Assembly (NCBI GenBank): GCA_007121015.1
Contig: SKMN01000028.1
Coordinates: forward strand, 23,653 to 87,652
Length of the DNA: 64,000 nucleotides
Direction of reading: 5' to 3'
Source: Coriobacteriia bacterium
Lineage (GTDB): Bacteria > Actinomycetota > Coriobacteriia > Anaerosomatales > SLCP01
Shown piece by piece: positions 1 to 6,438 of this stretch. Below the pieces are notes generated by a model. The model searched no databases. It saw only the letters and a list, made by a program, of their open reading frames with translations, and was not told the DNA's origin. Made by a program: the position numbers and the translations under genes. How positions within the stretch are numbered: position 1 is the stretch's first letter; the number at the start of each line of letters is the position of its first letter.

Positions 1-806
1 CCGTAGACCTCCAGCACGACGCGGGCGATGCCGAACACACCCGCCTTGACGACAGCGACCGCGTGGAGCAGCGAACTCACCGGAGCGGGAGCGACCATCG
101 CCGCGGGTAGCCAGCCGTGGAGCGGGAAGAGCGCGGCCTTGACGCCGAGTCCGAGCATGAGCAGCGCGAAGATGGCGGTGAGCTGCACCGGGTGGGTGGC
201 CGCGAGGCCGAGCGGGAGCGCGCCGCCGGGGACGAACGACACCGGCCCCGCCAACACGTGGAGCCAGACGACGCCGAGCGCGAGCGCCGCGCCAGCGGGA
301 AGCGCGTACATGAGGTACGTGCGACCGCCCCGCAGCGCCGCTGGGGTCCCCGAGTGGACGACGAGCGGATACGTTGCGAGCGTGAGCATCTCGTAGAAGA
401 CGAAGAACGTGATGAGGTTCTCGGAAAGCGCGATGCCGATGGCCGAGCCCACGCAGATCGAGAAGAACCCGAAGAACCGCGCGCGGTCCGGGGAGTGCGA
501 CATGTACGCGATCGCGTAGACGGTGGTCACGAGCCACAACACGCCGGCGACCACCGCGAAGACAGCGCCGAGCATGTCGGCTTCGAACCCGAACCCTATG
601 TCGAGCAGTCCGATGCCGGCCGAGGCGAGTGGGCCGCCCGCCCTGCCCTGCCAGGCCGAGGCCGCGCACGCGAGCACCGCGACGGCCGTCCCTGCCGCCC
701 CGACCACGTTCACCGCCGAGCGCGCGGTCGTGCGCGCCTCGCCGAGCGCGAAGATCGCGGCGGCAGTCGCGAACGGGAGCGCGACCGCCGCGAGCAGCGC
801 GATCAC
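1..806 (-). CDS. Mrp/Nuo-type antiporter-like membrane subunit (MrpD/NuoM/N family), 3' end outside window
   Basis: Own reverse translation 806->1 (absent from ORF track because no stop lies in the window) reads VIALLAAVALPF...FFVFYEMLTLATYPLVVH...LFPLHGWLPAAMVAPAPVSSLLHAVAVVKAGVFGIARV. This is the hallmark motif of the NuoL/M/N-MrpA/D family. GTG start 806-804 overlaps the TGA (805-803) of the upstream mrpD as GTGA. Confidence 0.8.
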   Translation of the reverse strand, partial: MIALLAAVALPFATAAAIFALGEARTTARSAVNVVGAAGTAVAVLACAASAWQGRAGGPLASAGIGLLDIGFGFEADMLGAVFAVVAGVLWLVTTVYAIAYMSHSPDRARFFGFFSICVGSAIGIALSENLITFFVFYEMLTLATYPLVVHSGTPAALRGGRTYLMYALPAGAALALGVVWLHVLAGPVSFVPGGALPLGLAATHPVQLTAIFALLMLGLGVKAALFPLHGWLPAAMVAPAPVSSLLHAVAVVKAGVFGIARVVLEVY

Positions 807-2302
807 TGCCCAGTCCACGGGATCACCCCCGATGCCGGCGAGCCCACGGCCATCAGGTCCAATACGGGCTGGCCGAGGACGCCGAGGGCGAGCGCGGCGA
901 GCGCGAGGGCGAGCGCGGCGAACTCCATACGCCTTGGCAGACGGCCTGCGTCGACGTCGAGGTCGGATGCGTCATCCCTCGCCTTGGCGAACCCGGGCAC
1001 GACGACCCGTGCGACGTAGCCGGCGGCAAGCAGGCCGCCCGCGAGCACCACGATCGCCCACCACCACGCGCCCGACTCGATCGCCGCGGTGATGTAGAGC
1101 CACTTGACGACGAACCCGCCACTCGGCGGGAGTCCCATCATCGTGATGCCCGACAGCCCGAACGCCATCGTCGTGACCGGTGCCCGGCGCGACAGGCCCC
1201 CGAGGCCGTCGATACGGTCGTGGCCGAACCGGGAGAGCACCGCACCCGCCGCGAGGAACATCGCGGACTTGGCAAGGGCGTGCGAGACCGCATGGAAGAC
1301 GCCGGCACTCCACGCGTCGACGACGTGACTCCCCGCGATCTCGACGAGCGGGAAGAGCAGGAACAGGTAGCCGATCTGCGCGACGGTCGAGTACGCGACG
1401 AGCATCTTGAGCCGCTCCTGGAGCAGGGCCTGCACCGAACCCCACACGATAGCCATCGCGCCCAATACACCGAGCAGCGTACCCATGCCCGGCACGTATG
1501 ACGGGTCCCCGACGTCGGTCCAGAGCCTCAGCAGGATGTAGAAGGAGCCCTTGACGACGAGTGCCGAGAGCACGGCGCTCACCGGCGACGGCGCGTTGGC
1601 GTGCGCCGGCGGCAGCCAGAAGTGTGCGGGGAAGAGCGCGGTCTTGAGCACGAGACCGACGGTGATGAGCGCGAACGCCGCCTGCCCGGTCACGTCGGGA
1701 CCGAGCACCGCGGCCAGATGCGCAAGGTCGAGCACCCCGAACGCGCCGTAGAGCAGCGCGACCCCGAGCAGGTAGAAGATCGACCCGAGGATGGCGGCGA
1801 GCATGTAGCGCATCGCCGCGACGAGCGCATCGCGCTGGCCCGAGAGCCCGACGAGTGCCACCGCGGAGACGCTGACGAGCTCGAGACAGACGTAGAGGTT
1901 GAACACATCGGCCGAGAGGAACAGGGCGGCCATCGAGGCGAGCAGAAACAGCCAGAGCGCCCAGAAGAACCGGTACCGCTCCTTGTCTGCGAAGTAGCCG
2001 AGCGAGTAGACGGTGACGGCGAACCCGACGACGGCCGTGACGAGCAGCATCGTCGCCGACAGCCCGTCGACCACGAGCCCGATGCCGAGAGGCGCCTCCC
2101 ACCCGCCTATCTGGTAGCGCAGCTTCTCGCCTTCGGCGCTCACCAGCCACGCGAGCGCGAACGCGACCGGGACCGAGAGCGCGGACGCGACGAGCGCGAC
2201 CGGGCGGCCCCACCGTGCCCCGGCGAGGAACGCTATCGGCGCGGCCACGAGCGGGACGACCACCGCGAGCGCCGGCATGTGCGCGAGCAGCGCCTCAGCC
2301 AC
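803..2302 (-). CDS. mrpD: Monovalent cation/H+ antiporter subunit D-like (MrpD/MnhD, NuoN-like)
   Basis: 499-aa polytopic ORF (…GGWEAPLGIGLVVDGLSATMLLVTAVVGF…FNLYVCLELVSVS…WLPPAHANAPSPVSAVLSALVVKGSFY…), typical of MrpD/NuoM/N. GTG at 2302 overlaps the mrpC stop; an ATG at 2278 is an alternative start. Confidence 0.85.
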   Translation of the reverse strand: MAEALLAHMPALAVVVPLVAAPIAFLAGARWGRPVALVASALSVPVAFALAWLVSAEGEKLRYQIGGWEAPLGIGLVVDGLSATMLLVTAVVGFAVTVYSLGYFADKERYRFFWALWLFLLASMAALFLSADVFNLYVCLELVSVSAVALVGLSGQRDALVAAMRYMLAAILGSIFYLLGVALLYGAFGVLDLAHLAAVLGPDVTGQAAFALITVGLVLKTALFPAHFWLPPAHANAPSPVSAVLSALVVKGSFYILLRLWTDVGDPSYVPGMGTLLGVLGAMAIVWGSVQALLQERLKMLVAYSTVAQIGYLFLLFPLVEIAGSHVVDAWSAGVFHAVSHALAKSAMFLAAGAVLSRFGHDRIDGLGGLSRRAPVTTMAFGLSGITMMGLPPSGGFVVKWLYITAAIESGAWWWAIVVLAGGLLAAGYVARVVVPGFAKARDDASDLDVDAGRLPRRMEFAALALALAALALGVLGQPVLDLMAVGSPASGVIPWTGQ

Positions 2303-2627
2303 TACTGGCCTCCGGTTCCTCGATCACGTCGGGCGCATCGAGCGCAGCCATGCCGGTCTCGCTGTAGATACGCTTCGCGAGCGCAAGCGCGTACGCGGTC
2401 GAGCTCACCGTGACCACGATGCCGGTGAGCACCATCGCGTGCGGAAGCGGGTCGGGGTCTGGGCTCATGACCCGGCGAGCGATGCCGACGAACACAAGGA
2501 ACACCCCGCCGCTCATGATGTTGAGTGCGAGGATCTTGTGGATCAGGTGCGGCCTGGTGATCAGCCCGTACAGGCCGATCACGAAGAGTGCCGCACCCGC
2601 GAGCGTGTAGATGTCGGTCTGGCTCAT
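2295..2627 (-). CDS. mrpC: Monovalent cation/H+ antiporter subunit C (MrpC/MnhC, NuoK-like)
   Basis: Internal ATG (2627) of ORF 2295..3062 gives 110 aa: MSQTDIYTLAGAALFVIGLYGLITRPHLIHKILALNIMSGGVFLVFV…, a NuoK/MnhC-like 3-TM protein. The start overlaps the upstream stop as ATGA. Confidence 0.85.
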   Translation of the reverse strand: MSQTDIYTLAGAALFVIGLYGLITRPHLIHKILALNIMSGGVFLVFVGIARRVMSPDPDPLPHAMVLTGIVVTVSSTAYALALAKRIYSETGMAALDAPDVIEEPEASSG

Positions 2628-3349
2628 CGGCCATCCCCGGCCCGCGCGCGGAGTTCTTCGATCGGCGAGGCGGACGCGATGAAGAGGCTCACGAGAATGG
2701 CCCCGATCGACACGGTCAGCCACGTCTCGACGATGAGTACGAGCGCCTTGGCGTAGCCGTCGGGGTACTCGAGGAGCGCACCGCCGAGGAACATGACGCC
2801 CACAGCGATCGCCAGGAACACGATGAGCCCGACGGAGATGACGACCCTCAGCCCGAACCTGCTCACCCACGCAGGCCGCGCGTAGCCCGAGAGCGCAAGG
2901 AGTACGCCCGCGGCACCGAGCACGGATCCCGCCTGGAACGCGCCGCCGGGCGCGTGCTCTCCCGCCCACAGCAGGTAACCCGACGCTAGCACCATGAACG
3001 GCGCGAGGAGGCGCGCGAGCGCGGAGAGCACCGGGTCGGCCTCCTCGGCGACAGGCGCCCACACGCTCGAGTGCGACCCGGCTATCGAAAGTACGCCGAT
3101 GGTCGCAAGCACGAGCACCGCGATCTCGAGCAAGGTGTCGTAGCTGCGGAAGTTCAGCAGCACCGCCGTGACCGCGTGCTCCACACCGCTCTCGGCGATG
3201 CGCTCGGCGACGACGGGAGCGAGGCCCGGATGGTCCTCGGGTATCGCAAGCACCGCCCGCACGAGCAACGCTCCGAACCCCGCACAGAGTGCGGCCGCGG
3301 CGAGCCGGACGGAGCGCGGGCTCTTGGGCATGACGCTAGCCACCGGCAC
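2624..3349 (-). CDS. mrpB: Monovalent cation/H+ antiporter subunit B (MrpB/MnhB domain)
   Basis: 241-aa membrane ORF with the MnhB signature …AVTAVLLNFRSYDTLLEIAVLVLA…. Candidate starts are GTG 3349, GTG 3343 and ATG 3331. Confidence 0.8.
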   Translation of the reverse strand: MPVASVMPKSPRSVRLAAAALCAGFGALLVRAVLAIPEDHPGLAPVVAERIAESGVEHAVTAVLLNFRSYDTLLEIAVLVLATIGVLSIAGSHSSVWAPVAEEADPVLSALARLLAPFMVLASGYLLWAGEHAPGGAFQAGSVLGAAGVLLALSGYARPAWVSRFGLRVVISVGLIVFLAIAVGVMFLGGALLEYPDGYAKALVLIVETWLTVSIGAILVSLFIASASPIEELRARAGDGR

Positions 3350-3656
3350 CCCCCTCCTCCCGCGGTGCCGCCGGGGCTCCGCCTACCGGCTCGTCGGACG
3401 GATACGGCGCCGCGCGCCCGCGCATGTGCCCTACCGCGTCGAGCAGGAGTGCTCCCGTGATGCCGGCTCCGATCGCCGCCTCGGCGAGTGCGATGTCAGG
3501 AGCGGCGAGCCGCACCCACGCGAGCGCCACGAGCAGGCCGAACGCGATGTAGAGGACGACCGCCTTGAACAGCTTCGCCTCGGCGAGGATACGGACTGCG
3601 AGCCACAGCAACGTGCCGATCAGCAGGAGATCGTAGAGCCATCCGGAGTACGTCAT
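3336..3656 (-). CDS. DUF4040 / MbhD-like membrane protein (MrpA C-terminal-like)
   Basis: ATG at 3656 (ATGA overlap with the mrpG stop) gives MTYSGWLYDLLLIGTLLWLAVRILAEAKLFKAVVLYIAFGLLVALAWVRLAAPDIALAEAAIGAGITGALLL…. The APD(I/V)ALxEAA(I/V)GAG motif is typical of DUF4040/MbhD. Confidence 0.75.
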   Translation of the reverse strand: MTYSGWLYDLLLIGTLLWLAVRILAEAKLFKAVVLYIAFGLLVALAWVRLAAPDIALAEAAIGAGITGALLLDAVGHMRGRAAPYPSDEPVGGAPAAPREEGGAGG

Positions 3657-3958
3657 GACGGCTTCCTCCACGGGACGATCTTGGTCATCCGCGCCGACTC
3701 GGCCACGAGGTGTCCCGACGTCGCGCCCGCCACGACCACAAGACCCCAGATGAGCACCATCTTGGCGATGACGAGCCACGACTCCGCCCAAAACGACAGG
3801 CCGATGATGAGAAAGCCGAGCCCGAGGTTATCGGCCTTGGTCAGCGCGTGGAGCCGGGTATAGACGTCCGGAAGTCGGACGACACCGACCGAACCGGCGA
3901 TGAAGAAAACGGTCCCTACGGTAAGGAAGCCGACCCCGACGATATCGATCACTGACAT
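3653..3958 (-). CDS. mrpG: Monovalent cation/H+ antiporter subunit G (MrpG/MnhG)
   Basis: 101 aa: MSVIDIVGVGFLTVGTVFFIAGSVGVVRLPDVYTRLHALTKADNLGLGFLIIG…, the classic MnhG/PhaG motif (RLPDxYxRxHAxxKxxxLG). Confidence 0.85.
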   Translation of the reverse strand: MSVIDIVGVGFLTVGTVFFIAGSVGVVRLPDVYTRLHALTKADNLGLGFLIIGLSFWAESWLVIAKMVLIWGLVVVAGATSGHLVAESARMTKIVPWRKPS

Positions 3959-4236
3959 GGCGACTCGTCCTTACCCGAGGGGCCCGGGTGCCACGCCCGT
4001 TTGACGAAGGCTACGGTGGTCATCGCCGCAAGCAGCGCGAAGACGAGAGCGGCGTCGCGGAGTGCGGGGGTCTCGAGCGCCTGAGCGAGGATCAGCAGCG
4101 TGGCCACGCCCGAGGTACCGAAGAGCTGTGCGGCAAGCATGCGATCGGCTGGCGACGGGCCGCGCTCGACCCGCGTAAGCCCGACGATGATCGTAAGAAG
4201 GAGGACCACTGCAAAGCCCATGAGTATCGCTGTCAT
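3949..4236 (-). CDS. mrpF: Monovalent cation/H+ antiporter subunit F (MrpF/MnhF)
   Basis: Internal ATG at 4236 gives MTAILMGFAVVLLLTIIVGLTRVERGPSPADRMLAAQLFGTSGVATLLILA…, MnhF-like with 3 TM helices. The start overlaps the mrpE stop (4233). Confidence 0.8.
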   Translation of the reverse strand: MTAILMGFAVVLLLTIIVGLTRVERGPSPADRMLAAQLFGTSGVATLLILAQALETPALRDAALVFALLAAMTTVAFVKRAWHPGPSGKDESPCQ

Positions 4237-4796
4237 GACCCCCCGCCCTCGGTCAGCGCGCATGCTTCGAGCGTGTGGTCGGCAGGCGGGAGCGTGATCC
4301 CGTAGACGTCGGCGACCCTGTCCTCAACGTCGGCAAGGCTCTCGGCGACCGGCAGCCCGCGGTCGAGCACGTGCACGGTGATGTGCGTGTCGTCGATGCC
4401 TGCACTCAGCGTCCCGGGCAGGAGGCTCACGGTGTCCGTGAAGAGTACCCGTGCCTGTCTGGGCTCGAGCCGCATACGGTACCGGACGATGTCGGGGTCG
4501 ATCGGCATCGAGGGGCTCAGTACCCGCCGGGCCACGTCCACCCCTCCCGCCACCGACTGGTGGGCGAAGTACGCTGCGTACCGGAGCGCACCCGGTATCC
4601 GGACCTGCCACTCGCGTACCGGCGTCAGCTTCAGCGATGCCGCTGTCGCCAGTGCGACGAACGCCACGCCGAACGTCAGTCCGCCCGGGTCGGCATCTGA
4701 CATCACCATCCACGCGAATGAGAACACGACCGCTCGCTCGAGCGGTCGCCTGATGCGCGAGAATGCTGATGTGGGGGCTGTTCGGTGCATAGGCAT
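4233..4796 (-). CDS. mrpE: Monovalent cation/H+ antiporter subunit E (MrpE/MnhE)
   Basis: 187-aa ORF …AYFAHQSVAGGVDVARRVLSPSMPIDPDIVRYRMRLEPRQARVLFTDTVSLLPGTLSAGIDDTHITVHVLD…, matching the MnhE conserved core (TLTPGT-like LLPGT). First gene of the minus-strand cluster. Exact start uncertain. Confidence 0.75.
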   Translation of the reverse strand: MPMHRTAPTSAFSRIRRPLERAVVFSFAWMVMSDADPGGLTFGVAFVALATAASLKLTPVREWQVRIPGALRYAAYFAHQSVAGGVDVARRVLSPSMPIDPDIVRYRMRLEPRQARVLFTDTVSLLPGTLSAGIDDTHITVHVLDRGLPVAESLADVEDRVADVYGITLPPADHTLEACALTEGGGS

Positions 4797-4889
4797 CCAC
4801 GTACGGGGCCAGGAACGGGGTCACTATACCACTACCGCGACGGAGCCTCTCCTCGAACCCTCTGGCCCTTGTCGGGTCGACGATGTACG

Positions 4890-4929
4890 ACGCCCCTCCG
4901 GTCGTCTCGACAGACAGCCGAAGGGGCGT
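4890..4929 (-). terminator. GC-rich hairpin trailing tRNA-Ala (putative terminator or processing signal, no U-tract)
   Basis: On the minus-strand RNA, ACGCCCCUUCGG / CCGGAGGGGCGU form 12 consecutive pairs (one G-U) around a 16-nt loop, starting 11 nt after the tRNA CCA end. The same position is a C-A mismatch on the plus strand, so the fold is better on the tRNA transcript. Confidence 0.4.
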
Positions 4930-4939
4930 TCAAGGTTCA

Positions 4940-5014
4940 TGGTGGACGAGAAGGGATTCGAACCCTCAACCCCCTGCGTGCAAAGCAGGTGCGCTCCCGT
5001 TGCGCCACTCGCCC
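4940..5014 (-). tRNA. tRNA-Ala (anticodon UGC), CCA encoded
   Basis: Reverse complement is GGGCGAGTGGCGCAACGGGAGCGCACCTGCTTTGCACGCAGGGGGTTGAGGGTTCGAATCCCTTCTCGTCCACCA. It folds as a cloverleaf with a 7-bp acceptor stem, the G3:U70 Ala identity pair, anticodon loop TT-TGC-AC and T-loop TTCGAAT. Confidence 0.95.
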
Positions 5015-5060
5015 GTGCCGAGACCTCCGCGCACGCACGCGTTCAGGTCGAAGCCGCGTG

Positions 5061-5066
5061 ATTATA
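5061..5066 (-). promoter_or_regulatory. -10 box (TATAAT) upstream of tRNA-Ala
   Basis: Minus strand reads GGTATAATCAC, 47 nt upstream of the mature tRNA 5' end. The weak -35 candidate TTCTAT (5089-5084, 17-bp spacer) overlaps the U-run of the preceding hairpin. Confidence 0.4.
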
Positions 5067-5087
5067 CCATCGATTCCGAGTGCATAG

Positions 5088-5462
5088 AAAAACCGGGATG
5101 GCCTTCGCACCGCCCGAGGTTCCCTTCGAAGGGATATCCTTGAGGGCTCTTGGCCGAGTGAGTACGTTCCCTCTCGGCCGCACCCTCGCACATCCAGGGG
5201 CTTATGCCCGACTCTCCGTGGCCATGATCCATCGATTCCGATCGTTACCCTTCTGCTCTGTACGTTCCGAGCAGTCGAACATCCGACAGTACATTCGATC
5301 AATCACTGATACGCCGACTCGCAACTACCGGCCGTCCGGAGGTCTTCATCTGCCATCCCGGTCGAGTCTCGGTTTAGCGTCTCATCCAATGAGAAGCCTC
5401 ACCTCACTTGACCGCCTCGGTTGTCAAGTGGTCTGGCGTCCCGCGGTTCGGATGCCTGACCT
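5088..5462 (-). ncRNA. Candidate structured non-coding RNA of unknown class (~375 nt)
   Basis: Lower-GC, ORF-poor stretch between the Trx-like gene and tRNA-Ala. GGTATAAT (-10 at 5474-5469) lies at the upstream end; a hairpin (5116-5093) plus U5 (5092-5088) lies at the downstream end. Several perfect local stems are present, e.g. CACUUGAC/GUCAAGUG, CUGCUC/GAGCAG, GGCCGAG/CUCGGCC, GGGC-AUAA-GCCC, CCCUU-CG-AAGGG. No RNase P, tmRNA, SRP or tRNA-Sec motifs were recognised. Confidence 0.35.
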
Positions 5463-5541
5463 ATATGTATTATACCCTCGTTCGCAGGTTACCTAATCGC
5501 ATCGAGGAGACGTCACGCTCTTTCCGTCCGCGTGCACGGCC

Positions 5542-6255
5542 TTACCGCAACGCGTCGAGTTTCGACCTCATCTCGCTCTCGGCGACCTCGCCCACGAGCC
5601 TCCCCGCCTCCGCGCCGTCAGAGCTCACGAACACGAACGTCGGCACGTACTGCGCGCCGTACGAGCGCATAAGGTCGGCGCCCTCCTGGCTCTTGTCGAC
5701 GTCGTAGACCTTGAAGGTGACCGTATCCTCGTACTCCTGCTCGAGCCTGTCGACCACAGGCTTCATCGTCTTGCACGCTGGTCACCAATCGGTCGAGAAG
5801 ACGTAGAGCACGGGGCCGTCACCTGCTACGACATCCTCCGGCATCTCGGCGATCTCGACCTCATCGGCCCCGGACACGATCGCGCCCTGGTAGGCGATGA
5901 TGCCTGCGGCGAGGTGGTAGACGTCGGTGAATCCCTGGTCGGCAAGGTAGCGGATGGCGTCCGAAGAACGAGCGCCGGTAGTGCAGTAGACGAGGACCGG
6001 CTCGTCCCGGTCCCACTCCATCGACTCGTGCGCAAGCATGTTCATCGGGACGTTCTCGGCCCGCTCGATGTGACTCATCTCGTACTCGCCCGGCGTCCTC
6101 ACATCGATGACGCGCACGCCTTCGGCCACGAGCTCGGCGGAACGCTCGGGCGATACGTCCTGCGCGCCGCCGCCTGCGGGACTGAACAGCAACACGCCGA
6201 CGCCTATGACGACGACCGCTGCGATCGCCCAGACGACCAGCTGCTTGTGACCCAT
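5542..6255 (-). CDS. Membrane-anchored rhodanese-thioredoxin fusion, candidate selenoprotein (in-frame UGA at 5784-5782 read as Sec)
   Basis: ORFs 5782..6255 (TM helix plus rhodanese, active-site loop VLVYCTTGARS) and 5542..5766 (Trx fold C-terminal part) are in one frame. Readthrough gives …VLYVFSTDW-U-PACKTMKPVVDRLEQEY…, i.e. the thioredoxin WCxxC motif with UGA at the first Cys. RBS GAGGAGG lies before ATG 6255. Confidence 0.7.
5744..5762 (-). promoter_or_regulatory. SECIS-like recoding hairpin
   Basis: AGCCUGU-GGUCG-ACAGGCU is a perfect 7-bp stem beginning 19 nt after the UGA. The apical loop contains GGUC, as in the E. coli fdhF SECIS loop. One further G:C pair is possible with a bulged A. 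Confidence 0.6.
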
Positions 6256-6286
6256 CGTACCTCCTCGTATGTGACGTTACCGGCAG

Positions 6287-6292
6287 ATTATA
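6287..6292 (-). promoter_or_regulatory. -10 box (TATAAT) for the rhodanese-Trx gene
   Basis: Minus strand reads TTGCGG-18 nt-(GG)TATAAT, about 32 nt upstream of ATG 6255. The same GGTATAAT octamer occurs at 5068-5061 and 5476-5469. Confidence 0.4.
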
Positions 6293-6438
6293 CCCCACCG
6301 GGTATTACGACCGCAACATTCGTTGCGCCGGGTACACGTCGTACTGTGCCGTGTCAGTCGCTTGGTAGCAAGCATGCGACCAAACCCCGTCTGTGGAATA
6401 CACTGACTCATGGGACCCGCCGAGGAGGGAGCACGCCG

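Noticed and set aside
5015-5541. Assigning the low-GC non-coding stretch to RNase P RNA, tmRNA, SRP RNA or tRNA-Sec (selC)
   Set aside because: On either strand I searched by eye for GAGGAAAGUCC / ACAGAA-GGCUUA (RNase P), GGGG…tag ORF…T-arm…CCACCA (tmRNA), SRP domain IV, a GGUUCGAnUCC T-arm and a CUUCAAA anticodon loop. None is present. The region is left as an unclassified candidate RNA.
5782-5784. Treating TGA 5784-5782 as an ordinary stop, giving a separate rhodanese gene plus a truncated Trx gene or pseudogene
   Set aside because: This reading is not preferred. The TGA sits exactly at the first Cys of a WCxxC motif, the frames are continuous, and a SECIS-like GGUC-loop hairpin follows at the expected distance. 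It remains the null hypothesis until Sec machinery is confirmed in the genome.
5914-6438. The 5' 525 nt of the 3,111-aa track ORF, i.e. an even longer glucan synthase starting at 5914
   Set aside because: This stretch lies antisense to the rhodanese-Trx gene and its promoter and translates to low-complexity R/G/H-rich sequence. A strong RBS (GGAGGGAG) precedes GTG 6439, where Cgs-like sequence begins.
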